Shown: piece by piece, positions 13,506 through 30,100 of the stretch
Position numbering within the stretch: the stretch's first letter is position 1
Layout of the letters: each line of letters begins with the position of its first letter
Source: Octopus vulgaris
Taxonomy: Eukaryota
Direction: 5' to 3'
NCBI GenBank assembly: GCA_951406725.2
Contig: OX597820.1
Coordinates: 64,356,001-64,420,000 of the forward strand
Length of the DNA stretch: 64,000 bases
The notes under the pieces: generated by a model
Told to the model about the DNA's origin: nothing
The model's database searches: none
The model's input: only the letters and a program-made list of their open reading frames with translations
Program-made: the position numbers and the translations under genes

Positions 13506-13967
13506 AAACGTAGAGTCTCGCCACAAAAACCACATGACATTATTTCCGATGCTACAGCGATTTTGCTCTCCACCGCCAGGTCAAGAGGAAGAAGGCATCG
13601 TTATCCTTGGTTAGCCGGCATCCTGGTGTCGCGACAAAAGAAAAAGAAGAAAATTTGGGGCAATTATGCCAGGTTATCATCTCAGTCGTGTTTATCAGTA
13701 TAATATTAGATAAATATTCCTAACACGACCGCGTTAATTAGAATAAATTGTCAAGTGACTTTCGTTCAACAGGTTGGGCTTAGTCGTTATTCAACTAAGG
13801 TTGCACGGATTAGAATTTGGTCGCTTTGTAAATATAAATAGAGGAATTTTAAGTAATGATACTAGAAGAGCAAGCCTAGCGAAATAGATCCAAACAATGA
13901 ATAATATTGGAACACACGCGAACGCATAGCCACTGGGTTATATATATATGTATATATATATATATAT

Positions 13968-14027
<60 letters not shown>

Positions 14028-14149
14028 GGAGAGCAATGGGGAGAGAAAGAGAGAGACAAATGTTCGCTGACACAGAACAAAGAGGTATAGATAAAAGAAA
14101 TTCAAATGTAGTAAAATGAATGCTTCTCCCATTTGAAACTGAAAGAATC

Positions 14150-15500
14150 GTCAGAAGATTGAAAGATGAAGAATATGGTTACACAGGAGAAGAAATTAAA
14201 CAAGGAAGAGGAAAAGATCAATGACACACAGGAGAAAAGAAGTAGTAGTGAGGGTGACAATAAGTTTTATCGCATGGCGGGAAACGATATAAGAGAAGGC
14301 GAAAGGAACATACTTTAATATATAAACGAGACAAGAAATAAGGATTGAACGAGATTACCAGCTTTGAGATGAATCGAAATTGAAAAATGACGAAAAGCAG
14401 TGAAGAAAATTGATACACCTCATGCAAAAAATTGAATTTGAGAATATACCAAATGTAACTGGCCTCATATAAGCATAGTGCGGGGGAAAACTGAATTGTG
14501 AGTCAGGCTGAGTAGCTCAATAAAGTTCTTAGAGTGATAGATGCTGTAACGGAAAAGAGGACAGCGAAGCATTGATGTAAGGACGAGCTACTAAGCAAGT
14601 ATAACATGACGCACAGACGGTTATAGGTTGACACAACAAATAACAAATACGTATCCGTAGTACAAGCTCTCCAGAAACAATGAAAGCGAATTTAACCAAC
14701 AACAGGGCAATGAGAATGCGCATTAGAGAATGATATACCAAACACAGAAACAAGAAATATTTGATCACGTATTGGAAATAAGACGGTGTAAGAAAATACG
14801 AAAGCAGACTGACTATAAGAGTTTAAAATAAAAGTGGTGAATAGCCGTAACGAAACAATACAAATTTTACGACAGAAAATCTATAACAAATCAGATGATT
14901 TAATGATGCGGAAGTGGAAAGATCCTGGAAGTAATGATGCCCAGTGATTCTGGTCTAAAAATCTAACACGTATGCTCAGTTATATGTAACAGCTTCTTAC
15001 TTATTTAATTTTTTTTAAATGGAATACCAACATGGATGACAAAGAAAGGCACTGTTAATACAGAAAGATAATAAACGGGGAAAAAGCTTGCTTAACATTG
15101 CTCAGGAAGTCGCTACCAGATCAGGTGGTACGATGAATAGTATAACTTTCCAAAGAAGAAAAGTCTGTTGCCGAAAGAAAGATACAAAAAGAAATCAAGG
15201 GAAACAGTAAATGCATTTCAGGACAGATAAGAAAGACGTAACGAGGTTCGTGTCTGAACGACTTCATGGAAACATACAATGAGAACGCTCGGGGCCATGA
15301 AAACATTTGTTTAGAAAAATGTAGCAAAGGTTCGAAAGTGAATCATTATAAAAAGTGAAAATAGTGACCAATATATCTGAGGAAGATACCCGCTCTCCAT
15401 TAATATCCCTGAACACTTTCATTCATTTCATAAGCAAGCTGAAAAATATGTGTATAAACAATGTAGAGCGCTTGATTAATTTTACTTAGAACTGGAAGAA
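14150..15500 (+). pseudogene. Highly decayed R4/Dong-like RT region
   Basis: Ordered remnants: FWSK (~14948), NGIPTWMTK..LIQKDNKRG (~15020-15080), LLPKE..KKKSR (~15165), ISEEDTRSPLI (cf. IFQGDTLSPLL, ~15374). Boundaries approximate. Confidence 0.55.
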
Positions 15501-16134
15501 AATTATACAGGGAAAATAAAAATTAAGAAAAAAGGAATTCTCTTTTTCAAACTCTGAGAATATTTAACAAAGATAAGCACATGCATGATAAATGGTAGAA
15601 TGGTACTGAAAAGTTAATCTGTTATTTGAAGCAGAACAAAAAAAAAAAAAATACGAGATATCCCTCGGAATAGGGTAAACTGGTTAACAACAACTTGGTT
15701 TATTATAAAGTAGCACTAAATATAATGCAGAGAAAGAAATACATGTATCACATGAGACTATTTGAAAAGCATTGGTTTGCGGTACCCATGCGTATGTTTA
15801 CCACTTCCGCAGAAATGTACCAGCGAAAACAATACACATACACACATCTATGCATATATATTCTAATACACACACAGACACACAAACGTGTATCTATGTG
15901 TGTACGTATGTGTGTTTTGTGTTAGTTCTTGTCCCTCATCAGCGAGAGACAGGCGGTTTGGTTTGCTTACGTCTCTGTATTTTAGCTGTGTGGCATGACA
16001 CCAAGAGAATACATATCGGGCTTTAAAAAAAGCACGTACGTACTTACGGTCATGCATACATACATAGATACATACGTACCTCCATCCATCCATCCGTCCA
16101 ACCATCCTTCCATCCATCCATCCAGCCATCAATT

Positions 16135-16176
16135 CACACACACACACACACACACACGCATACACACACATACACG

Positions 16177-16254
<78 letters not shown>
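16135..16254. repeat. (CA)n microsatellite, preceded by (CCAT)n
   Basis: Visible repeat. Confidence 0.95.
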
Positions 16255-16257
<3 letters not shown>

Positions 16258-16572
16258 ATTTATCGTTCTGTGTGTAAGGGTAAACTGAACATTTACAGAC
16301 TCGGTGGTAACCACTACATTTAGATTCGAATTCATGATGTACAGAACTACCGAATTCCACTTCTCTTGTCCATAGTGTACCAATTCCACCGTATTCTACT
16401 CAAAAATAATGATCAAGATAGTAATGACACGAGAGACCACCATGCTCTGTGAATATATTATGCCTATCAAAGAAAAAGAGAAACGAAAAACGAAAGGAAA
16501 AGACAAAAAACGCCATTTTCTAGGCTTGAAAATGCATCAATATATATCATCGCCTGAGAGATATACACATAG

Positions 16573-16617
<45 letters not shown>

Positions 16618-17084
16618 ACACACACACTAAAAAAGCAAGACAAAAAACTAGGTGCGAATACACAGACACAGAAGCACGCACAAACACACACACACACACA
16701 CAAAAACACATATACATACACACACGGCATAGGAAAAATGATATAGACATATACTATATGCAAGCTCATAAACACGTAAATTTAACAGATGTATGTATAT
16801 ACACAATTACAAATAGTGGAAACACTAAATAAAAGTAGGTGATACGTGGCAACACCACTTGAGCTTGAGTTATAAATTGTTGTTTACACGTAATTGTGCC
16901 TGTATCCATTTAAGTTATGTATACACGCAAACACACACACACACATATACACGCATATATATATATAGAGAGAGAGATAGATAGATAAATAAGTGTATAT
17001 ATACACACATACGCACATATATATATATATATATCGACGTGCGTTTTGTACAATGCTGGGTATATCATTTCTAATATAAACACT

Positions 17085-17098
17085 ATATATATATATAA

Positions 17099-17138
<40 letters not shown>

Positions 17139-17192
17139 TTACACATGTATATATATATATCTATATCTATCTTTCTATCTATCTATCTATCT

Positions 17193-17223
<31 letters not shown>

Positions 17224-17275
17224 CTGTGACTGTCTGTCTGTCTGTCTCCCTCTCTCTCTCTGTATATATATATAT

Positions 17276-17327
<52 letters not shown>

Positions 17328-17353
17328 TTATATATATATATATATATATATAT

Positions 17354-17388
<35 letters not shown>
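17085..17388. repeat. Compound (TA)n/(TCTA)n/(TAGA)n microsatellite
   Basis: Visible repeat. Confidence 0.9.
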
Positions 17389-18924
17389 TTACCTCTGGGT
17401 ATATTTGTTGTTCATTTTGATTTTATACATATATATATATATCACATTTAGCCTTACACAGTTTATATTTCCACACAGGTGTGGGAATAAGTGTGTGTGC
17501 GTGTGTGCTTGTGTGTATGCTTGTCTGTTTGTGTGTGGGAAGGACCGCTTGAATAAGGACTTACAGATAGAAGGGAAGCCTATGATACTGATATGTGTAC
17601 GTAAGGAAACATGAAACTAAGTCGCATGCATACACTTCAGGGATATTTCTACTGACATCGATAGACATATAAAGCGAACGCATACATAAACACACACACA
17701 CACGCACACACGTCCGCACACGCAGAGTTACTCACATGCACACACACACACACAGAGACAAGCACGCAAAGGAACACACATTGCCACATTTACATAAACA
17801 CATTCATATTGTATGTGTGTGTGTGCGTGTTTAGGTGAACAAGATGTCGAGACGGATTGCTAGCATAACATTTCAAGGTAACGCTACACAGCCTAGATAA
17901 GGCAGCGTTTACTCAAATTAAACAAGAACAAATATAAACTTTCCAGACCGCCTCCAACACATGTACACATACGCACACATACACATAACACCCTTACAAC
18001 CACAGTCACCACCACCACCACTAAAACTACTACTAATACTACAGCCACCACCACCACCACTACAACCATTATCCTTGCCTTCTCTTCCATTATCTCACTC
18101 CCAGACAGAGCAAAACTCCTCCGTCGTCAGTCTCACCTTTTTGGGATTTCTTTTTAACTATTTCACTTAAAGATATGTCAACAAATAGCATTCATACACC
18201 CACGTATAGAATATATGTACGTACAATATTAGATACGTATGTGTGTACGTAAGCGTATGAAAAAGACGTAGGTTGGTGAGATGGGGCCTGGAACGTCTTT
18301 AAGTCGCTTGGGATTTGCTATCCCGTTTATCTAACAGTTCATCTCAATTTCGCTATCAACACTGAATCTGTATTCTCTCTCCGCTTCTCTCTCTCTCTCT
18401 CTCTCTTTCTGTTTCTCTATAAGTACACACACGCACGCATACGCAATCACATATGCATTCACAAACACATATATATATATATATCTGTGCGTGTGTGTGT
18501 TTGTGTATGGACGTGTGTCTGTGCCTGTGTGCGCGCGTGCTTCTGGATGCGTATGTTTGTATGTATATATATATGCACATACACTCGTAGTTACATGTGT
18601 GACAATCTGTTTTCTATTTCTTTCCCTCAAGTCCTCCCTCTCTCAGCTCAGCTCTCTGCTTCTCTCCCTCCCCTCCAGTTTTCTCGCTTTCCGTCTTTCT
18701 TTCTACTGTCAGATCATACGTTGTCCCGGGTACCTATCAGTTAGTTAAGTGCTTAGGTTTGTTCGTCACCATCGCACGTAAGGTTCAGATGGTCCAATCA
18801 CTTTCCTGTAAATAAGCACGGCGTCTTACTGACCTGCTAGAAATAGAAGCCAAATTCCATATTATCACATTCAGTAAACACCTTGTAAAATCTTATTTTA
18901 AAACATCGTTGAGTGATTTAGAAG

Positions 18925-19290
18925 CGTGGCTTCAAGCACACGGTTTCCAGTTCGGTTCAGCTGCGCAGCAACTTGGACAATTTATTGTCTACTGTACACC
19001 AGGGACTATCAATACCTTGTGAGTGAATTTGGTCGAGGAGAACTGTATGGAAGCCTGTGATATATGCGCGCGTATGTGAACGCACGCGTTCACACATGCC
19101 CGTTGACCAGTTTTTTTTGTGTTTGTCCCATTCTCGCCACTTCACAACCGGTGCTGTATTTTGTACATTGACGATTTGGCAAAATGACAAAGAGTTGTAA
19201 GTACCAGCGTTAAATGATATGTACTGGGGTCTATACCTTCTTCTAAACCAATCCCAAATTACTATGGTTGCTGCAAGTCCAATGTCTGAA
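18925..19290 (+). mobile_element. Old degenerate SINE family 1 copy
   Basis: cacggtttccagttcggttcagctgcgcagcaacttggacaa ..ccttgtgagtgaatttggt.. matches the family 1 consensus. Confidence 0.65.
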
Positions 19291-19414
19291 ATAAGTTTTA
19301 TAAATTCTACTTTGTTTTTTCCTTCTTTTTCTTCTTTTAAATCAATTTTATACAAGATCACCATCGATTGTCTTATTTTATGATTCTGGTCTATATAGAT
19401 AGATTTATTTTATT

Positions 19415-19634
19415 GGTTTACTTGATTCAGTCATTTGACTGCAGCCATGCTGGAGCACCGCTTTTTGTCGAACAATTCGACCCAAGAACTTAATGTTTGT
19501 AAGCCTAGTATTTATTTTACCCAACATTTTTGCCGAACCGCTAGGTTACGGGGACTTAAACAACAACATCGGCTGTCAAGCAATGAATGGGGGGGACTAA
19601 CACAGGCACAGAAAAATACACATGTACTTACATT

Positions 19635-19722
<88 letters not shown>

Positions 19723-19868
19723 TATATACGACGGGCTTCTTTCAGTTTCCGTCCACCAAATCTTCTCACAAGGCTTTGGTCGGCCCGAGACTTTAGTAGA
19801 AGACGCTCTGAACTCAGAACAGGGTGGTTGGGAAGCAAATATCTTACCACAGAGCCACTCCTGTGCCT
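19415..19868 (-). mobile_element. SINE family 1 with expanded internal (TA)n
   Basis: cagtcatttgactgcagccatgctggagcaccg ... ccacagagccactcctgtgcct. Confidence 0.88.
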
Positions 19869-20623
19869 TTGTCGATGGTTGATGAAATTTTTAAAAATTA
19901 TATAATGAGATGTATTATTATTAATAAGATTATGAATTCATGGTCACTAACCTCTTCCGCAGTGTGTATACTTAAAATAATTATATTTAATAGCCAACTC
20001 ATATCTCATTGTCATCATACGACTTAGTTAAAGCTTACTGTCTGTAGCGATATTTAAGCAAATTAATAATTGTCTCAAATGAATAATTGTACATAAGATT
20101 ATATATCTGGAAACTATTCATTTTATATTTGGTGAATATAGTTTGCATACATTCTCGGTTTCGATAAATTGAATGCTTAATCTTTGTGGGGCCCCTTGTA
20201 CATAGTCGCCTATAATTCATGCACTATTTATTTATTTGTAGACAAAAATGTTGCACTTTACATTTGGTTTTAAGTCAATAGATTAAAACTATGGTCTTTT
20301 TTTACAGCGGAAGTGAGCTAAAACATTGAAAATTAGCGTGCATGCAAACATCAGAGTTCAAGTTCAATCTGTGCCAGCTGTTTCACTTTGCATGCTTTAG
20401 TTTCGTTTCATTGGTAATTGACCGGATACGTATTGATCAGACTTCGTACATATACTCAGCGCTTCTTTTAGTTTCCGCTTACTAAATCTACTTAATATGA
20501 TTTAATGGGCCCGTATCTTTGGCAGGGAGCACTTGCCGAAAGTGCAACAACTTCGGAGAGAACCCGAAATATTGTGATTGAGTAGGAAACTTTTAAACAC
20601 GGTCATAACAACGACTTAAGAGT

Positions 20624-20709
<86 letters not shown>

Positions 20710-21078
20710 GTTGTAGGTATTCTCAATTTTGATGACTTGTTTACCGAGGACCTTCGCTGAATGAAATACTATAATAATAATATTAACGGCAAACAGAATT
20801 AGCTTTAAAGGAAAATATATTTGACGCCATTTGCGTCGCGTTGTTCGAAGTACGTTACTATATATATTTATATGTATACATACGTGCATATATATATGTA
20901 TGTATATTTTTATACCTATATATATGCACATATATATGCATATATATATATATATGCGTGGGTGTGTCTGTGTGTGGTTATATATATAAGCACATATACA
21001 TATATGTATATATATATATGCACACACATATATATATATGCATAGACATATATATGTATACATACATACATATACATG

Positions 21079-21113
<35 letters not shown>

Positions 21114-21584
21114 GCACACACGCACACACACTCACGGACACAAACATACACACACGCGCGCACGCACACACACACACACACACACATACACGCTCATGCA
21201 TATATCATATACATTCTGTTTCTGTATTTCATTTTGTTCGTATATCCACATTATTCGTCTTGCCTTGAATATTATTTCGTTTCTATTTTATATATTACGT
21301 ATTCATTTCATATTTGTATGTCTCCTTTCTGTCATGTTTGATCCCCTGTCCGTTGGTTCACTATATCCTGGCAGTTTCTTGTCATTGGCGCAACCAATAT
21401 TATCGTTGTAGGTTCGAAATCGCGAAGATCATTTGGACGATCACAAATGAGGGTTTGTCGAACTTCTGAGTTTGCTCTCCGTTTATTGGTGCTTATATGT
21501 ATTACGTGATTTTTAAACTTATGCTATATATATATATAGAGAGAGAGAGAGAAAGAGAGAGAGAGATTGATATATAGATAGATT

Positions 21585-21656
<72 letters not shown>

Positions 21657-22512
21657 TTTATATATATATATATATACATGCATACGTACATATATATATC
21701 TATATATCTATATATATATGTATATATACATACATGTATGTATATGTACGTATATACATATATACATACATATATGTATGTATATGTACTTATATATATA
21801 TATGCATGTATGTAGCTATTTGCACATATACGTAAACACCACCATATACACACACGCACACATACACACTCTCACACACGCACACATATATTAACTTATG
21901 TCTGTCACGTACACAGACGTACGGCTAAAATGAATATATATGGCTGAAATCTGTTTAGATTTGGTCGACCTATTTGGATAAACATAACAGAGGAATGTTA
22001 TTGTATTGATAACAAATAAAACAAGACGAAAAGATGCCAATTAGCACAATCGGCGATTTTCACACCGCAACATATATTTCAAATAAATTCCTGCACACAA
22101 AATTATCCTGAGCAAATTAGACAAACAAAAACAAAAGAGCGGAATATATTTTTGATCAGAAACAAAGCACAGCAAAACGGCTCAACATCTGTTAGTGCAA
22201 ATTATGAACACGGCGATCGTAAATTATATGCGTTTCTCTGCTAAATATATATTAATTTATTTGTTGTTGTGAACCATTGATTTTTACATAAATGAATCAA
22301 CGTTGTCGTTCGTCATAAATCTTGTCTATCTACCTGCCGAATTATTATTTGCCGATAATCACCTGAGCGTATCGAGAACATCATAGGGCATCATAACGGA
22401 GACACGGTTTTAGCTGTTTGGGAAAGAAATGACTATACAAAATTCGTTAAGTAAGCCAATATCGTTGCTCGGAAACCTACTGAATCTACTGCTACTTACA
22501 CGGTTCTGTCGT

Positions 22513-22543
22513 TACTACTACAACGACTAGTACTACTACTACA

Positions 22544-22582
<39 letters not shown>

Positions 22583-22583
22583 G

Positions 22584-22656
<73 letters not shown>

Positions 22657-22691
22657 ACTACTACTACCACTACTACTACTACTACTACTAT

Positions 22692-22725
<34 letters not shown>

Positions 22726-22747
22726 ACTACTACTACTACTACTACTA

Positions 22748-22779
<32 letters not shown>

Positions 22780-23085
22780 GGACTCTGCCGTCGGGTGACA
22801 ATGAATGGGCGTTCAGCTGTGCCGATAGACCTGCACAAATGTTTTGTTTACATTGGTCAAACATATGTGTCGTACATTAACTGACTCCCTTAATGAAATC
22901 GTCGTTGCCTGAACAGGTGCATGGTGTACTACACGTCGGGTGTGGCAGTGATCGCAGAGCAGCCTGAGATGGAGCGTTTTGCTTAAGAAAACAACGCGGC
23001 ACCCAGTCTAGGAACTGATAACTAGGCCTTGCGCCCTCATCACATGGCCAGGCACCCTAATCAATAGGTCATATGTCCTCATTTG

Positions 23086-23133
<48 letters not shown>

Positions 23134-23287
23134 AACTGCTGCTGCTACTATTATTACTTGTATTACTACTACTACTACTACAACTGCTGCTGCTACTATT
23201 ATTACTTGTATTACTACTACTACTACTACTGCTACTACTACTACTACTACTACTATTACTACTACTACTACTACTACTACTAACAAC
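22513..23287. repeat. (TAC)n/(TGC)n trinucleotide tracts (22513-22778, 23087-23283) flanking a decayed SINE family 3 remnant (~22900-23072)
   Basis: Visible repeats. The second tract has a 48-bp higher-order duplication starting at 23131 and 23179. Confidence 0.9.
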
Positions 23288-23300
23288 AATAATAATAATA

Positions 23301-24115
23301 ACGGACAATTTCATAGGGATATTGAAGATAAGACAGACGGAGAAAAAATATGGCTGTGGATGACTAAAAGTGATTTAAAACGGGAAACGGAGGCGCTAAT
23401 CTATGCTGCCTAAGAGCAACTTCTGAGAACAAACTGCATAAAATACAGAATAGACAACAGATCAGAAGGTGATAAGTGCAGAATCTGTGGACAAAACGGT
23501 GAAACCATATGGCATATTACCAGACAATGTACGCCACTAGCGCAGAAGGAATATGAGACATCACGAAATTATAGCAAGGCTTGTCTACTGGACACTTTGC
23601 AACGAGTATGAACTTGACAGAGCAAAAATTTGGTACGACCCCAAGCCCGAAGGCATCATCGAAAATAATAATGCAAAGATCCTATGTAATTTTTTGGTTC
23701 AGTGCGACCATGAGATAGAGAATAGGGAGCCAGACATAGTCTTAATTGAGAAAGAAAACAACCTATGCTGCATCATAGATATAGCATGCCCAGCTGACAA
23801 CAAGGTATGCGATAAGGAAGAAAGAAAAGTCGATAGATATGACAGGTTAGCTTGGGAGGTTAAGCAGTTGTGGTCGATGAAAAAGGTGGTAGTAGTACCA
23901 ATAATTTTCGGAGCCCTGGGAACAGTGAGCAAGAATCTTGAGAAGTACATAGAACAAATGCAATAAAGGTGGAACACTTTCAGAAAACAGCACTGCTTGG
24001 AACCGTTCGAATACTCCGGATGGTTCTCGAAAAATAAGATGTGTTACCTTAGTTCACTGGTAGTGAACAGCTGACACCGTAGTACATCTCCAGCGTTAGA
24101 AGCTGTGCAAAGGCA
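23301..24115 (+). mobile_element. R4/Dong-like element A: 5'-truncated, decayed CCHC + RLE + 3' UTR
   Basis: GQFHRD..LKRETEALIYAA*EQ..CRICGQNGETIWHITRQC..EPDIVLIEK..IIDIACP..GALG..LGTVRILR. Internal stops and a frameshift. Ends in (TAA)n. Confidence 0.92.
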
Positions 24116-24118
24116 ATA

Positions 24119-24217
<99 letters not shown>

Positions 24218-24222
24218 AAAAA
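24116..24222. repeat. (TAA)n tract followed by a poly(A) run at the 5' junction of element B
   Basis: Visible repeat. Confidence 0.95.
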
Positions 24223-26604
24223 GAGTTTAATGCTGAGGCTGACTGGATAGAACGTGAGAAAGAGAGACTGGATGAACTTGAAGAACAGAAATGGGAAGCA
24301 ATAGGAATAGAGGAGCTAAGGTGTGTCCTTAGGAAGGCTCATAAATGGAAAACCCCAGGACTGGATCGGATCCCTAACTTCTGGCTGAATTGTTTGACAG
24401 AGGTACACGAACATCTCGCTGCATCTCTGTCTGATGTCATTCAGAACCCAGAGCAAATACCTGCTTGGCTGACTGAAGGAACCACCTACCTATTACCTAA
24501 AACCGAAGACACAAAAAACCCAAAGAATTACCGGCCAATAACATGTCTCAACACCACCTACAAAATCCTCACATCCATAATAACGGAGAGAATGTACGCT
24601 TTCCTTGAACAAAATTCTATCCTTCCACAAGCTCAAAAAGGTTGTAAAAGAAACTCTTATGGGTGCAAAGACCAATTGCTCATAAACAGAATGATTGTAG
24701 AGAATTGCCGGAGCAAAAACAAAAACCTGAGTATGGCATGGATAGACTACAGGAAAGCGTATGACAGTGTCCCACATAAATGGATACTCAAGGCCCTTGA
24801 GATATACAAGATCTCTCCTATCGTCTCAAAATTCTTAGAGAATAGCATGACCATGTGGAACACACGTCTCTTTTTAAGCCATAGTAATGGGATGAGCCAG
24901 TCCAACAGCATCAACATCAAACGAGGCATCTTTCAAGGTGACTCCCTCTCTCCATTACTTTTTTGCATGGCACTGATCCCACTCTCAAACGAATTGGATA
25001 GTACTAGATATGGGTACAAAGTTTTTAGTAAATTAATAAACCATCTTTTCTATATGGACGACCTAAAGCTGTTTGCCAGGAATGACCAAGAGCTAGAAGG
25101 GCTGCTAACAACTGTTAAAGAGTTTAGCAATGATATCGGAATGGATTTTGGCCTTGATAAGTGTGCTAAAGCAACTTTTGTAAGAGGCAAGCTCAAGCAA
25201 ACAGCTTCTGTTAAATTAGATATTGACACTACCATCAAGGAACTTGACCCACAGGAAAGTTACAAATACCTAGGAATCAACGAAGGAGATGGTATACATC
25301 ATGCTACTATGAAGGAAAAAATAAGAAAGGAATACTATAGGAGAATAAGGCTTGTACTGAAGACTGAGCTCAACTCCAAAAATTGCATTGAGGCCATTAA
25401 CACCCTGGCACTTCCAGTAGTCCAGTACAGTTTTAATATCATTAACTGGAACCTTACGGAACTCCAACGCTTAGACAGGAAGACAAGAAAGTTACTGACA
25501 TCCAGGAGCATGCACCACCCTAAGGCAGATGTAGATCGCTTGTACCTACCTAGAAGCAGCGGGGGGAGAGGAATGATGCAATTAGAGCTGTGCTATAAGA
25601 CCTCTTCTGTAGGAATGAACAGGTACCTATCTAGTACAAAGGACTGGATGCTGCGACTTGTGCGCGAACACGAAAGCAACAAAAAGCTGCATTCTATTGT
25701 CAAGGAAGCTTATAAGTTCGAAAGGGAACTAGACATTAACCTTGAATCAGATGAAGAGCCGGAAACCACTGCTACCAAGCAAGCAAAGCGAATCAAGCAG
25801 ACTGCAAAAAAGAACGGGCAGAATCAAATTGAGAGGCGGTGGAGCCAGAAGCCCCTGCATGGACAATATATTCTCCGAAGCCAAAATGCTGATGTAGACC
25901 AAGCAACAACCCATCAGTGGCTGAAGAGCTCTGGATTGAAAGCAGAGACTGAAGGTTTCATAATGGCAGCACAAGATCAAAGCTTGTTTACCAGAAATTA
26001 CCAGGCTAACGTTCTCCGAAACGGTACTGACCCTAAATGCAGATTCTGCGACACATTTGACGAAACGATAGACCATCTCGTTTCGGGATGTCCTGTGCTG
26101 ACACCAAACGAATACAAAAATCGCCACGATAGGGTAGGACAGTATATACATTGGAAGATATGTAAACACTACAAATCCGACATTCCTGCTAACTGGTACG
26201 AACACCATCCTCAGCCAGTTGTTGAAGGTAAAGATGTCACCATCCTCTGGGATTTTCCAGTCAACACTGACAGAACGATCAAGGCTAATCGACCAGACAT
26301 AATTGTTAAGGACAGGGAAGAAAATACCTGCAGACTAATAGAAGTAAGCGTCCCCACTGATAAAAATGTATCTGTCAAGGAATTTGACAAAATTAGTAAA
26401 TATAAGGACCTGGAAATCGAAATACAGAGGATGTGGAATCTTAAAACAAAAACTGTTCCTGTTATTGTAGGTGCCCTAGGTATGATAAAAAAGGGATGTC
26501 AGAAACACCTAGACAATATCCCTGGAAAACCATGTCTCAAGGAAATCCAAACGATTGTGCTAACAAGTACTGCCCACATCCTTAGAAAAACCCTATCAAT
26601 GTAA
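24223..26604 (+). CDS. R4/Dong-like element B ORF: reverse transcriptase, CCHC knuckle, restriction-like endonuclease (5'-truncated, frame open from the junction)
   Basis: WKTPGLDRIPNFW, NYRPITCL, QKGC, WIDYRKAYDSV, GIFQGDSLSPLLF, YMDD, YKYLG, CRFC..ETIDHLVSGC, RHD, RPDI..IE, KISKYKDL. No stops from 24208 to 26604. The ORF-track start at 24394 is a TTG and not a true start. Confidence 0.95.
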   Translation, partial: EFNAEADWIEREKERLDELEEQKWEAIGIEELRCVLRKAHKWKTPGLDRIPNFWLNCLTEVHEHLAASLSDVIQNPEQIPAWLTEGTTYLLPKTEDTKNPKNYRPITCLNTTYKILTSIITERMYAFLEQNSILPQAQKGCKRNSYGCKDQLLINRMIVENCRSKNKNLSMAWIDYRKAYDSVPHKWILKALEIYKISPIVSKFLENSMTMWNTRLFLSHSNGMSQSNSINIKRGIFQGDSLSPLLFCMALIPLSNELDSTRYGYKVFSKLINHLFYMDDLKLFARNDQELEGLLTTVKEFSNDIGMDFGLDKCAKATFVRGKLKQTASVKLDIDTTIKELDPQESYKYLGINEGDGIHHATMKEKIRKEYYRRIRLVLKTELNSKNCIEAINTLALPVVQYSFNIINWNLTELQRLDRKTRKLLTSRSMHHPKADVDRLYLPRSSGGRGMMQLELCYKTSSVGMNRYLSSTKDWMLRLVREHESNKKLHSIVKEAYKFERELDINLESDEEPETTATKQAKRIKQTAKKNGQNQIERRWSQKPLHGQYILRSQNADVDQATTHQWLKSSGLKAETEGFIMAAQDQSLFTRNYQANVLRNGTDPKCRFCDTFDETIDHLVSGCPVLTPNEYKNRHDRVGQYIHWKICKHYKSDIPANWYEHHPQPVVEGKDVTILWDFPVNTDRTIKANRPDIIVKDREENTCRLIEVSVPTDKNVSVKEFDKISKYKDLEIEIQRMWNLKTKTVPVIVGALGMIKKGCQKHLDNIPGKPCLKEIQTIVLTSTAHILRKTLSM

Positions 26605-26757
26605 ATGTCTGTGTTTGCATTAGATGGAGATATATCTCTACTTCCCCTCCCCAAGCTTTCAGCTGTATTTCAACAACTCTTAACCTTCACTTGCCCTAGG
26701 GCGCTGGGTGTGCCCCGGCAGGTGATTGCATCAAACATGCAGATTAAAAGTAAATGA
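24223..26757 (+). mobile_element. R4/Dong-like non-LTR retrotransposon B including 3' UTR
   Basis: ORF plus ~150-nt 3' UTR, flanked on both sides by (TAA)n. Confidence 0.93.
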
Positions 26758-27487
<730 letters not shown>

Positions 27488-27513
27488 ATGATAATAATAA
27501 TAATAATAAAAAT

Positions 27514-30100
<2,587 letters not shown>

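Noticed and set aside
22626-23363. Poly-V/S/L/Y/Q ORFs
   Set aside because: Frames of (TAC)n/(TGC)n repeats, with no splice or domain evidence.
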